A model generated the notes under the pieces. That model was given only the letters and a program-made list of their open reading frames with translations, made no database searches and was not told the origin of the DNA. Positions 43,983 to 53,463 of a stretch of DNA of 64,000 nucleotides are shown piece after piece. The DNA is from Hydrurus foetidus (Eukaryota). How positions within the stretch are numbered: the first letter of the stretch is position 1; each line of letters starts with the position of its first letter. The translations under genes and the position numbers were made by a program. The DNA is taken from contig UYFQ01000001.1 in the NCBI GenBank assembly GCA_900617105.1, positions 2,046,001 through 2,110,000 of the forward strand, in the 5' to 3' direction.

Positions 43983-45089
43983 ATGAAAACAAAAGCCGCC
44001 GTCGCCTGGAAATCAGGCCAACCCCTCACCATTGAAACCGTTGACCTGGACGGTCCGCGCTACGGCGAGGTACTGGTTGAAATCAAAGCCACTGGCATTT
44101 GCCACACCGACTACTACACGCTGTCAGGCGCTGACCCGGAAGGGATCTTCCCGGCCATCCTGGGCCATGAGGGCGCTGGCATTGTGGTCGATGTGGGGCC
44201 CGGCGTCACGTCGCTTAAAAAAGGCGATCACGTCATTCCGCTGTACACGCCTGAATGCCGCCAATGCAAATTTTGCTTGTCTCGCAAAACCAATTTGTGC
44301 CAGCTGATTCGCGGCACGCAGGGCAAGGGTTTGATGCCCGACGCTACGTCGCGATTCAGCCTCGACGGCAAGCCGATTTTTCATTACATGGGCACGTCAA
44401 CCTTCAGCAACTACACGGTGGCGCCTGAAATCTCGCTGGCCAAAATACGCGAAGACGCGCCGTTTGACAAGGTTTGCTACATCGGCTGCGGCGTGACGAC
44501 CGGCATTGGCGCGGTGCTGTTTACAGCCAAGGTCGAGGCAGGTGCCAATGTGGTGGTGTTTGGCTTGGGCGGCATTGGCCTGAATGTGATTCAAGGCGCG
44601 AAGATGGTCGGCGCAGACAAAATCATTGGTGTGGACATCAACCCGGCGCGGCAAGAGATGGCGCGCAAGTTCGGCATGACGCATTTCATCAACCCCAAAG
44701 AAACCGAAAACGTGGTCGATGCCATCGTGCAATTGACCGACGGCGGCGCGGACTACAGCTTTGAATGCATAGGCAACACTCAGGTGATGCGGCAGGCGCT
44801 TGAATGCACGCACAAGGGCTGGGGCCGCAGCATCATCATCGGCGTGGCTGAAGCGGGTGCTGAAATATCCACCCGGCCCTTCCAGTTGGTCACAGGCCGC
44901 AAGTGGGAAGGCTCAGCCTTCGGCGGCGCGCGTGGCCGCACCGATGTGCCGAAAATTGTCGATTGGTACATGGAGGGCAAAATCAACATCGACGATTTGA
45001 TTACGCACACCATGCCGCTTGAAGACATTAACAAGGGTTTTGATCTGATGAAGCGCGGTGAGTCCATTCGCGGCGTTGTTCTCTTCTGA
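43983..45089 (+). CDS. frmA: S-(hydroxymethyl)glutathione dehydrogenase / class III alcohol dehydrogenase
   Basis: [25 protein letters not shown] and [11 protein letters not shown] motifs. Confidence 0.96.
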   Translation: MKTKAAVAWKSGQPLTIETVDLDGPRYGEVLVEIKATGICHTDYYTLSGADPEGIFPAILGHEGAGIVVDVGPGVTSLKKGDHVIPLYTPECRQCKFCLSRKTNLCQLIRGTQGKGLMPDATSRFSLDGKPIFHYMGTSTFSNYTVAPEISLAKIREDAPFDKVCYIGCGVTTGIGAVLFTAKVEAGANVVVFGLGGIGLNVIQGAKMVGADKIIGVDINPARQEMARKFGMTHFINPKETENVVDAIVQLTDGGADYSFECIGNTQVMRQALECTHKGWGRSIIIGVAEAGAEISTRPFQLVTGRKWEGSAFGGARGRTDVPKIVDWYMEGKINIDDLITHTMPLEDINKGFDLMKRGESIRGVVLF

Positions 45090-45937
45090 TGATCATGGGA
45101 TTGCTCAGTGAACACGCCTGCTTTGGCGGGCAACAACGCTTCTACACGCACGAGTCACCAACCATCGGCTTGCCGATGAAGTTCTCGGTGTTCATGCCGC
45201 CGCAAGCTGGCTATGGCTCTGTACCGGCTTTGATTTACCTCGCAGGCTTGACCTGCAATGAAGAAACGTTCATGACCAAAGCCGGCGCGCAGCGTGTGGC
45301 AGCCGAGCTTGGCTTGGCGCTGATTGCGCTCGATACCAGCCCGCGCGGTGCGAATGTGCCGGGCGAGTCTGACAGCTGGGACTTTGGCGTGGGTGCTGGC
45401 TTTTATGTTGACGCGACGCAAGCGCCGTGGGCTAAAAACTGGCGAATGGAAAGCTACATCACGCAAGAGCTTTTGCCGCTGGTCACTCAACACTTACGGG
45501 TTGATGCGCAGCGCGTCGGCATATTCGGCCACTCAATGGGCGGGCACGGCGCGTTGACATTGGCACTGCGGCATCCGCAACTTTTCAAATCGGTTTCAGC
45601 CTTTGCGCCGATTTGTGCGCCCACGCAATGCCCGTGGGGCCGCAAAGCATTTGCCGGTTACTTGGGGTCTGACGAATCAAGCTGGGCCGCGCATGATGCA
45701 ACTGCGCTGATGAGTCAGCAGATAGCTCCACCCTACCCCGGCGACATATTGATTGACCAAGGCCTGGCCGATAAATTTCTGGCCGAGCAGCTGCACCCGC
45801 ATTTGTTGGTTGCTGCTTGCGCATCGGTTGGCCAACCGTTAACCCTGCGCCAACATGCAGGCTATGACCACGGCTACTACTTTGTGCAGAGTTTTATGGA
45901 AGACCATCTGCGCCATCACGCAAGGCAGCTGGTCTAA
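45089..45937 (+). CDS. fghA: S-formylglutathione hydrolase
   Basis: LAGLTCNEE, GAGFYVDAT, GHSMGG and GYDHGYYF motifs. Confidence 0.95.
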   Translation: MIMGLLSEHACFGGQQRFYTHESPTIGLPMKFSVFMPPQAGYGSVPALIYLAGLTCNEETFMTKAGAQRVAAELGLALIALDTSPRGANVPGESDSWDFGVGAGFYVDATQAPWAKNWRMESYITQELLPLVTQHLRVDAQRVGIFGHSMGGHGALTLALRHPQLFKSVSAFAPICAPTQCPWGRKAFAGYLGSDESSWAAHDATALMSQQIAPPYPGDILIDQGLADKFLAEQLHPHLLVAACASVGQPLTLRQHAGYDHGYYFVQSFMEDHLRHHARQLV

Positions 45938-45963
45938 CGAAACTGCTGCGCAGGCCTTAAATT

Positions 45964-46004
45964 GCTATTTATTCAATAGCTGCTTGCGCCCGTATTTATT
46001 GGGC
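45964..46004 (+). repeat. 41-bp element, copy 13 (closest to consensus)
   Basis: GCTA-TTTATTCAA-TAGC-TGCTTGC-GCCC-GTATTTATT-GGGC, with A-tracts at ~46014/46025/46035. Confidence 0.93.
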
Positions 46005-46039
46005 TACAGCCCTAAAATACCTTTAAAACAGCCTAAAAA

Positions 46040-47002
46040 CTAGCACAAACGTGCTTTGGCCTCGGCGTACTCACCACGCAATTGCGCCACGTAATCTGCC
46101 GTGCTTTGAATCTCGCTGACCGAGCCAATGCCCTGGCCGCAGCCCCAAATGTCTTTCCATGCCTTGGCTGATGCGCCAGCGTCTGCGCCGCCGAAGTTCA
46201 TTTTGCTAGGGTCGCTTTCAGGCAGAGCGTCAGGGTCCATACCCGCGTTGCGGATGCTGCCCTTCAAATAATTTCCGTGTATGCCAGTGTAAAAATTTGA
46301 ATACACGATGTCGTCTGAATTGCTGGCCACAATCATTTCCTTGTAGCCATCCACCGCACGCGCTTCATGCGTGGCGATAAACGCCGAGCCGATGTAGGCC
46401 AAATCAGCACCCATGGCTTGTGCGGCCAGCACCGCGCCGCCGGTCGAAATGGAGCCGCTCAGCACCAACGGGCCGTCAAACCACTGGCGAATTTCTTGCA
46501 CCATCGCAAACGGGCTTTTCACGCTGGCGTGACCGCCTGCGCCGGCTGCTACGGGAATCAAACCGGTTGCGCCTTTTTCAATGGCCTTGCGGGCAAACAC
46601 ATTGCTGATCACGTCGTGCAGCGTGATGCCGCCCCACGCTTTGACGGCCACGTTCACGTCTTCACGTGCGCCCAGGCTGGTGATGATGATGGGCACTTTG
46701 TACTTTTCGCACACGGCCATGTCGTGCTCAAGGCGGTCATTGCTTTTGTGCACGATCTGGTTGATGGCGTACGGCGCGGCGGGGCGGTCAGGGTGCGCAG
46801 CGTTGTGGGCAGCCAGTGCTTCAGTGATTTCAGCCAGCCAGTCTTCCAGCTGCGCAGCCGGGCGCGCATTGAGCGCGGGCATGGAGCCAACTACGCCGGC
46901 AATGCACTGCGCAATGACGAGCTTGGGATTGCTGATGATGAAAAGCGGCGAGCCAATGACGGGAAAAGGCAGGTTTTGAAGAATCGGTGGGAGTTTTGAC
47001 AT
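46040..47002 (-). CDS. Nitronate monooxygenase family flavin oxidoreductase
   Basis: PLFIISNP, AGAGGHA, YIGSAFIAT and WGCGQG motifs. Confidence 0.9.
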   Translation of the reverse strand: MSKLPPILQNLPFPVIGSPLFIISNPKLVIAQCIAGVVGSMPALNARPAAQLEDWLAEITEALAAHNAAHPDRPAAPYAINQIVHKSNDRLEHDMAVCEKYKVPIIITSLGAREDVNVAVKAWGGITLHDVISNVFARKAIEKGATGLIPVAAGAGGHASVKSPFAMVQEIRQWFDGPLVLSGSISTGGAVLAAQAMGADLAYIGSAFIATHEARAVDGYKEMIVASNSDDIVYSNFYTGIHGNYLKGSIRNAGMDPDALPESDPSKMNFGGADAGASAKAWKDIWGCGQGIGSVSEIQSTADYVAQLRGEYAEAKARLC

Positions 47003-47048
47003 GTATTTAGCTTGAAAAGCGCCTTTTTAAGGCATAAATGTGGCCCTA

Positions 47049-47089
47049 GCCCAATAAATACGGGCGCGAGCAGCTACTAAAATAATAGT
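47049..47089 (-). repeat. 41-bp element, copy 14
   Basis: GCCC-AATAAATAC-GGGC-GCGAGCA-GCTA-CTAAAATAA-TAGT. Confidence 0.93.
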
Positions 47090-47105
47090 GGATTTAAACG
47101 AGAAG

Positions 47106-48896
47106 TTAAAACGCTTCGACGGCCAACTCAGTCACGCACTCAGCGCCTTCAACAATCGCGTCGCGCATGCCGGGTGCTTTAGTCAGCAAATGATCAGCGT
47201 AAAAGCGGGCGGTGGTGATTTTGGCTTTCATGAAGTCAACCTCAACGCCCTTGGCGATTTCGTCTTGCGCAGCCAGCAGCGAACGCGCCATTTGCCAGCC
47301 TGCCACTACGTTGCCTGCCAGCATCAAATACGGCACGCTGCCTGAGAACACAGCGTTCGGGTTTGACTTGGTTTGCTGCACCACAAACTCGACCACATCG
47401 AGCAATGCAACGCGCGCGGCTTTCAAGCGCTTGGCAACCGCGACTGCATCAGCGCTGCCTTGGCTTGCCAGCGCGGCCTCCGTCGCCTCCATGTGCGAGC
47501 AAATCGACCGGGCTGTTTGACCCGCATCGCGCATGGTTTTGCGGCCCACCAGGTCATTGGCCTGAATGGCGGTGGTGCCCTCGTAAATCGTCAAAATTTT
47601 CGCGTCGCGGTAGTACTGCGCTGCACCGGTTTCTTCAATAAAACCCATGCCGCCATGCACTTGCACGCCGAGTGACGTGACCTCTAAACTCATCTCGGTG
47701 CTATAGCCTTTGACCAGCGGCACCATGAATTCGTAAAACGCCAAATTTTGTTTGCGCACATCAGCATCTGGATGATGGTGGCTGGCGTCATATGCCGCCG
47801 CCGCACCGCTGGCCATGGCGCGGCAGCCCTCGGTGTAGGCGCGCATGGTCATCAACATGCGCTTGACGTCCGGGTGGTGAATGATGGTGACCGGGGCTTT
47901 GACCGAGCCATCAACAGGGCGGCTTTGCACGCGGTCTTTGGCAAAGCTGACGGCTTTTTGGTAAGCCATTTCAGCCACTGCAATGCCTTGCATCCCCACA
48001 GCGTAACGGGCCGAGTTCATCATGATGAACATGTATTCCAAGCCGCGGTTCTCTTCGCCGACCAGATAGCCAATTGCGCCGCCGTTATCGCCATATTGCA
48101 GAACTGCAGTAGGTGACGCTTTGATGCCCAGCTTGTGCTCAATGCTGACGCAATGCACATCGTTGCGTGCACCCAGCTTGCCGTCTGTACCGACCATGAA
48201 TTTGGGCACCACAAACAGGCTGATGCCCTTGACGCCCTCGGGCGCGCCGGACGCGCGCGCCAGCACCAGGTGCACGATGTTCTCAGCCATGTCGTGCTCG
48301 CCGTAGGTGATGTAAATCTTGGTGCCAAACACCTTGTACGTACCGTCGCCCTGCGGCTCGGCCCGCGAACGCACTGCGGCCAGGTCTGAGCCTGCTTGTG
48401 GCTCGGTTAGGTTCATGGTGCCGGTCCATTGGCCGCTGACCAGCTTTTCCAGGTACGTGGCTTTGAGTTCGTCGCTACCGGCAGTCAAAAGCGCTTCAAT
48501 GGCGCCATCGCTTAACAACGGGCACAGCGCAAAGGCCATGTTGGCCGAGTTCAGCATTTCGCCGCAGGCAGCGCCGATGGTTTTTGGCAAGCCTTGCCCA
48601 CCATATTCGGCGGGGTGCTGCAACGCTTGCCAGCCACCGTCTGCGTATTGTTTAAATGCTTCTTTAAAACCCGGAGTGGTGGTGACCACGCCTGCTTTGA
48701 AGCTTGACGGGTTGATGTCGCCCGCCCAGTTGAGTGGCGCCAGCACGCCTTCATTGAACTTGGCGCATTCCTCCAACACAGCTTGTGCGGTGTCAAAACC
48801 CGCATCAGCAAAGGCGGGGATTTTGGCGACTTGTTCAATATCAGCAATGTGCTGAATGTTAAACAGCATGTCTTTCAATGGGGCTTTATAGGTCAT
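47106..48896 (-). CDS. Acyl-CoA dehydrogenase (DmdC-like long form)
   Basis: MNLTEPQAGSDL, GTKIYIT, QVHGGMGFIEE and IYEGTTAIQ motifs. Confidence 0.94.
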   Translation of the reverse strand: MTYKAPLKDMLFNIQHIADIEQVAKIPAFADAGFDTAQAVLEECAKFNEGVLAPLNWAGDINPSSFKAGVVTTTPGFKEAFKQYADGGWQALQHPAEYGGQGLPKTIGAACGEMLNSANMAFALCPLLSDGAIEALLTAGSDELKATYLEKLVSGQWTGTMNLTEPQAGSDLAAVRSRAEPQGDGTYKVFGTKIYITYGEHDMAENIVHLVLARASGAPEGVKGISLFVVPKFMVGTDGKLGARNDVHCVSIEHKLGIKASPTAVLQYGDNGGAIGYLVGEENRGLEYMFIMMNSARYAVGMQGIAVAEMAYQKAVSFAKDRVQSRPVDGSVKAPVTIIHHPDVKRMLMTMRAYTEGCRAMASGAAAAYDASHHHPDADVRKQNLAFYEFMVPLVKGYSTEMSLEVTSLGVQVHGGMGFIEETGAAQYYRDAKILTIYEGTTAIQANDLVGRKTMRDAGQTARSICSHMEATEAALASQGSADAVAVAKRLKAARVALLDVVEFVVQQTKSNPNAVFSGSVPYLMLAGNVVAGWQMARSLLAAQDEIAKGVEVDFMKAKITTARFYADHLLTKAPGMRDAIVEGAECVTELAVEAF

Positions 48897-49043
48897 GATT
48901 TGGGCAAAAGCGAATTAATCGGCACGCGGTACGCGCAATTGAAATAAGGAACTTGAAACAAGATTGAATATTAAACCGTTTGGCCGTTACACATGGTCAG
49001 CTCAGTGACATTCGTGCTGCTTTCACATCACAAATTTTTATCG

Positions 49044-49349
49044 TTATTTGAAAAGAGCCGGCAGTCTGTTGTAGAGAATGCTAACAAACATCAAGAAAAA
49101 TACGGGTACAGCAAGTGGGATCAACAACACTGCTTTTATCCACCCATATCTTGCTTTTAAAAGCCATACCAACACAAGAGCGAATGGGTATGCCAACACA
49201 GATCCGCTCCACCCCGAATTCACCGCACCGACAGCGCAAAAAATAGTACACACAGAAACACAAAACCAGAAGAGCTGCTTGGGCGAAGTCAGCCACTGCC
49301 AAAACAAAACGAGTCTGGTGACATCCAAACCAACAAATTTATGCGTCAC
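49044..49349 (-). CDS. Small multi-pass membrane protein (island)
   Basis: 101-aa highly hydrophobic ORF starting 15 bp downstream of the lipoprotein stop, same strand. Confidence 0.6.
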   Translation of the reverse strand: MTHKFVGLDVTRLVLFWQWLTSPKQLFWFCVSVCTIFCAVGAVNSGWSGSVLAYPFALVLVWLLKARYGWIKAVLLIPLAVPVFFLMFVSILYNRLPALFK

Positions 49350-49363
49350 GTGGACACGCTAAA

Positions 49364-49957
49364 TCACTTTTCGCACGTGTCACCGCTTGGCAGAGTAGTC
49401 ACGCTTCCACTTCTTGCAGAGTTGTAAGCCAAATATTTGGTGACTCTTATCTTGGTGTTGGCAGTTTTGCTCTCAAGTGCTTGGCTAATTTGCCTTTCTG
49501 CCGGGCTGTCAGCAAAAACATTAACAAAGCAGTTTGCTCCGGCCATTTGGATATCACCAACTTTTTGGACGGCAGTCTTATCAGTGACGTCTACTCCAAG
49601 GGTCATTTGTAATGCCTTGGCTTTTTGGAGTGCTGCCCTGGACTGTGCTGATGTCAAATTTAACGATTTGATATACGCATCTATGTCATCCCGTACGCCG
49701 TTGTTGTCTAAATCGGCGCCTAGCAAACTGTCCGAACGGTCAAGCGGCACGACCTGCCCGCTTTGCTCAAGCTGAGCAATCTGATCTTTGAGGGATAGAT
49801 TAGATGTGCCAGCAGGGCCAGTTGGCTGGCCCACGATATCAACCGCAGACGGTGTGCCAAGCGGCACGAGCGGGGAATCAACTGCACGGCCACAGGCCAC
49901 CAATGCTACGCCGACAGCCGCGCAAAGCGCAAATTGCCGAGCAACTTTACTTTTCAT
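49364..49957 (-). CDS. Uncharacterised lipoprotein B (DxDxNG loop; putative immunity/partner)
   Basis: Lipobox LVAC, GADLDNNGVRDDID, C-terminal Cys. Confidence 0.85.
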   Translation of the reverse strand: MKSKVARQFALCAAVGVALVACGRAVDSPLVPLGTPSAVDIVGQPTGPAGTSNLSLKDQIAQLEQSGQVVPLDRSDSLLGADLDNNGVRDDIDAYIKSLNLTSAQSRAALQKAKALQMTLGVDVTDKTAVQKVGDIQMAGANCFVNVFADSPAERQISQALESKTANTKIRVTKYLAYNSARSGSVTTLPSGDTCEK

Positions 49958-50408
49958 CTAAAAAGTCAGCCATCAAAGTCAACTAATGGGTCGCTGATGT
50001 TTACTTTTCGCACGTGTCACCGCTTGGCAGAGTAGTCACGCTTCCACTGCTTGCAGAGTTGTAAGCCAAATATTTGGTGACTCTTATCTTGGTGTTGGCA
50101 GTTTTGCTCTCAAGTGCTTGGCTAATTTGCCTTTCTGCCGGGCTGTCAGCAAAAACATTAACAAAGCAGTTTGCTCCGGCCATTTGGATATCACCAACTT
50201 TTTGGACGGCAGTCTTATCAGTGACGTCTACTCCAAGGGTCATTTGTAATGCCTTGGCTTTTTGAAGTGCTGCTCTGGACTGTGGCGATGTCAAATTTAA
50301 CGATTTGATATACGAATCTATGTCATCCCGTACGCCGTTGTTGTCTAAATCGGCGCCCAGCAAACTGTCCGAACGGTCAAGCGGCACGACCTGCCCACTT
50401 TGCTCAAG
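49367..50408. repeat. 405-bp direct duplication (49367-49771 and 50004-50408)
   Basis: Manual alignment shows no gaps and about 8 substitutions. Confidence 0.95.
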
Positions 50409-50639
50409 TTTCGCGATTTCTTCTCGCAGCGTAGAAACCGTTGTTGAGGATGTTGTGGATGTTGTGGATGTTGTAGCGGTCACGACAGACGGCGCTGATT
50501 CCAGCGGTGGTTTAACGATGTCCATCGCTGACGGCGTGCCCGGTGGAATTAGCTGTGGTTCGTCTGACTTGCTACAGGCTACAAGCGCTGCAGCAAGAAC
50601 CAGAATCGAGGAAATGCGTTTTACCCATTGATTTTTCAT
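50001..50639 (-). CDS. Uncharacterised lipoprotein A (paralog of B, with Thr/Ser linker)
   Basis: MKNQW... start with GAGGA RBS, lipobox LVAC, same C-terminal domain as B. Confidence 0.85.
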   Translation of the reverse strand: MKNQWVKRISSILVLAAALVACSKSDEPQLIPPGTPSAMDIVKPPLESAPSVVTATTSTTSTTSSTTVSTLREEIAKLEQSGQVVPLDRSDSLLGADLDNNGVRDDIDSYIKSLNLTSPQSRAALQKAKALQMTLGVDVTDKTAVQKVGDIQMAGANCFVNVFADSPAERQISQALESKTANTKIRVTKYLAYNSASSGSVTTLPSGDTCEK

Positions 50640-50673
50640 GCTTTGCGTCCTCATTATTCTCAAATTATGAAAG

Positions 50674-52380
50674 TTAAACACTTTCGATTGCAGCCTTGAT
50701 CATTGATTTAAATCGGTCAAGGGCCGCACGGGTAGCATCAAGGTAAGTGTCAACTAACTTGTGGCCAGAAATGTCATTTTTACTAACGGTCATTATCAGG
50801 TTGACTGATGGCACGCTGGTTAAGCCCTGCAGACGCAAACCGTTAATGACCAAATCAATATCAGCAAGTACGTAGTCACCTCGCAAGGTAGGTGATGCTG
50901 GTGCAATGTGTACAACCTTTGCGGGCGCATCAGGTTTGTACACGCGCAAAGCGTCAAAGGCACTGTTAACAAACAGGTTTCCCTGCGAATGGGCAATCAA
51001 AACAACGGGGTAACCGTCCTCAGAATATTTTTGCAATTTGGCGCTTTGGGCAGCCAAGTCAGCGGCTGTAGGTGGGTCGCCTAACCTACGGGCGTAATCT
51101 GCGACGATTCTGTTAAGCGTGGCGTTAAAAATTGAATCTACAAGACTAGCAAGATCAACTGCCTTTGAGCCAAGCAGTCGTAACAACCCACCGATACCCG
51201 AGTTAACTGAGGCATGCTGCGCCGCTGTAATATCCCAAAAAACTTCCCATCGGTTAGACAACACACCATCAAGTTCACGAGAGCGCTGGTCAAACACTTC
51301 AGCCAGGTCTTGCAGCGCACTTAAACCTGACGTGCTGCCAGTTCTGCTTCCGGTCTGGTTGTAAAACAAGTCAAATTTTAAATTTTGTTTGCCTTTAACA
51401 GTCTCAGTTTGAAGCTTCAGTTTTGCCAACCCGTCACTGGCTTGATCCCTTGTATTCCAGACCCCATTGAAAAACCCAACCAGTGTGGGTGCCATGGAAA
51501 TATCTGCGGTGACTCGGTCGCTGCCGTCTGCGCATTTTTCGCAGGTCACGACGATGGTGTCGGTTTTGGCTTCAGAAAAGCTGGGAAATGTGTAGTCAAA
51601 GCCAATGAAACCTTCTTCATCAACAAATTGATTTGTTATTTTGCCCACCTCGCCGCTGGTGGTGATCACGCTGATTGAAATATCAGCTGGTTTTAGTTTT
51701 GAATTAACAGCGTAAAAAGCAGCTGTATAGAACCGCAAGACAGCGTCAGGTGTTTTTCGGTTGTACTTTCCCTTTGACGGAGACAGACTTAGCCAGGGAG
51801 GCTCGTAGCAATATCCTGAATCAACATCCGGCCAGAGGGATTTGTTTGGCCTGCCGTTTGAGTAGCAATTGCATTTGTTCTCGCTAAAGTTAAAACGTAC
51901 TTGACCTGAAGCGCCCGACCTCGCTCTAGGATTAATTGCGTCAATATCGGCTAAGGTCAAAGATCGCGTGCAGGCCGGTCCGGTGTATATCGGACTGTCG
52001 TTATATGAAACTGGGTCCCAATCGGGACGACCACAATCGAATTTGGCTGGCGAACAAGCAAAAATTTGAGTAGACAAAGCGTCGCCGTCAATGATTGGAC
52101 ACACCCTAAAAGGGGGACTTCGGCCAGGATTTAAGCTTTGAAAAAGTGCAGTTACGCCATCGCATGTTTCGGCCGGCGTAGAAAACCGTATGTTGCCTTG
52201 ATACGCACGGCTTGAGCCTGAATAATCTTGAAATGAACTGCTAGTGTCGCCAAACTTGTCCCATGTGTACTCTTTTGGCATAGCGGAAGCTTGCGACCAA
52301 GCCCCCAGCGCTGCCAACAATGCGGCTACTTTACAAGCGCGAGTAAAGTAACGATTGGTCTTTTGGATAAAACTGTGCAT
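50674..52380 (-). CDS. Secreted Cys-rich protein with C-terminal alpha/beta-hydrolase (lipase/cutinase-like) domain
   Basis: Signal peptide (...AWSQASA), FFNGVWNT, IAHSQGNLF nucleophile elbow, DLVIN, SGHKL. Confidence 0.8.
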   Translation of the reverse strand: MHSFIQKTNRYFTRACKVAALLAALGAWSQASAMPKEYTWDKFGDTSSSFQDYSGSSRAYQGNIRFSTPAETCDGVTALFQSLNPGRSPPFRVCPIIDGDALSTQIFACSPAKFDCGRPDWDPVSYNDSPIYTGPACTRSLTLADIDAINPRARSGASGQVRFNFSENKCNCYSNGRPNKSLWPDVDSGYCYEPPWLSLSPSKGKYNRKTPDAVLRFYTAAFYAVNSKLKPADISISVITTSGEVGKITNQFVDEEGFIGFDYTFPSFSEAKTDTIVVTCEKCADGSDRVTADISMAPTLVGFFNGVWNTRDQASDGLAKLKLQTETVKGKQNLKFDLFYNQTGSRTGSTSGLSALQDLAEVFDQRSRELDGVLSNRWEVFWDITAAQHASVNSGIGGLLRLLGSKAVDLASLVDSIFNATLNRIVADYARRLGDPPTAADLAAQSAKLQKYSEDGYPVVLIAHSQGNLFVNSAFDALRVYKPDAPAKVVHIAPASPTLRGDYVLADIDLVINGLRLQGLTSVPSVNLIMTVSKNDISGHKLVDTYLDATRAALDRFKSMIKAAIESV

Positions 52381-52456
52381 GACACCATTGGTGAGAAGTA
52401 TTACTGATGTTAATTGAAGTAATTGGTTTTTTGCTAGCGGCTTGACGCCAATCCAG

Positions 52457-53386
52457 TTAAAGCGCCGCAGTCAGCTCAGGCACAGCCACGAACAAATCGG
52501 CTTCCAGCCCATAGTCAGCCACACTGAAGATCGGTGCTTCTGCGTCTTTGTTGATGGCAACAATAACCTTGCTGTCTTTCATGCCGGCCAGGTGCTGAAT
52601 AGCGCCTGAAATGCCTGCGGCGATGTACAACTGCGGTGCAACAATCTTGCCGGTTTGGCCGACTTGCCAGTCGTTGGGTGCGTAGCCTGCATCAACCGCA
52701 GCGCGTGATGCGCCTAGCGCTGCGCCGAGTTTGTCAGCCAGCGGCGTCATGATTTCGGTGAACTTTTCACCCGAGCCCAGCGCCCGCCCGCCCGACACAA
52801 TGATTTTGGCTGCAGCCAATTCAGGCCGGTCGCTCTTGGCGATTTCAGAGCTGACGAAAGCGGACTTGCCGCTGTCAGCCTGGCCGGTGACCACTTCAAT
52901 CGGTGCTGCGCCGGTGGTGGCTGCGGCATCGAAACCGGTGGTGCGCACGGTGATGACTTTGGTCGCGTCCAGGCTTTGCACAATTGCCATTGCGTTGCCC
53001 GCGTAAATGGGGCGCTCAAACGTGTCAGGCGACTGCACTTTAGTGATGTCTGAAATTTGGCCAACGTCCAATGTTGCCGCTACGCGCGGCGCAATGTTTT
53101 TGCCTGATGCAGTTGCCGGGAAAAGAATGTGCGAGTAGTTTGCCGCCATGGCCAATACTTGCGCGGCCATGTTTTCAGCCAGGCCGTGCGCGAAGTGCTC
53201 GCCTTCCACATGAATAACTTTGGCTACGCCAGCGATTTTTGCGGCAGCAGCAGCCGCGCCACCTGCGTTAAAGCCAGCCACCAGCACATGCACATCCCCA
53301 CCGCACAGCGCAGCGGCAGTCACAGTGTTGAGTGTGGCGGGTTTGATGTCTGTGTTGATGTGTTCAGCGATTACTAAAGAAGTCAT
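52457..53386 (-). CDS. etfA: Electron transfer flavoprotein alpha subunit
   Basis: RPIYAGNA, GASRAAVD, QVGQTGK and GISGAIQH motifs. Confidence 0.97.
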   Translation of the reverse strand: MTSLVIAEHINTDIKPATLNTVTAAALCGGDVHVLVAGFNAGGAAAAAAKIAGVAKVIHVEGEHFAHGLAENMAAQVLAMAANYSHILFPATASGKNIAPRVAATLDVGQISDITKVQSPDTFERPIYAGNAMAIVQSLDATKVITVRTTGFDAAATTGAAPIEVVTGQADSGKSAFVSSEIAKSDRPELAAAKIIVSGGRALGSGEKFTEIMTPLADKLGAALGASRAAVDAGYAPNDWQVGQTGKIVAPQLYIAAGISGAIQHLAGMKDSKVIVAINKDAEAPIFSVADYGLEADLFVAVPELTAAL

Positions 53387-53463
53387 GGGGAGCTCCGTTC
53401 AAATGCAGCCCGGCAAGATAGCCTGACCGCTCAGATAGATTTAATGCGTGTTGAAGGCGTCGG

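Noticed and set aside
38109..45937. HxlR-like regulator controlling frmA-fghA
   Set aside because: The genes are separated by grpE-dnaK-dnaJ and I saw no operator evidence. Family membership alone does not imply formaldehyde sensing.
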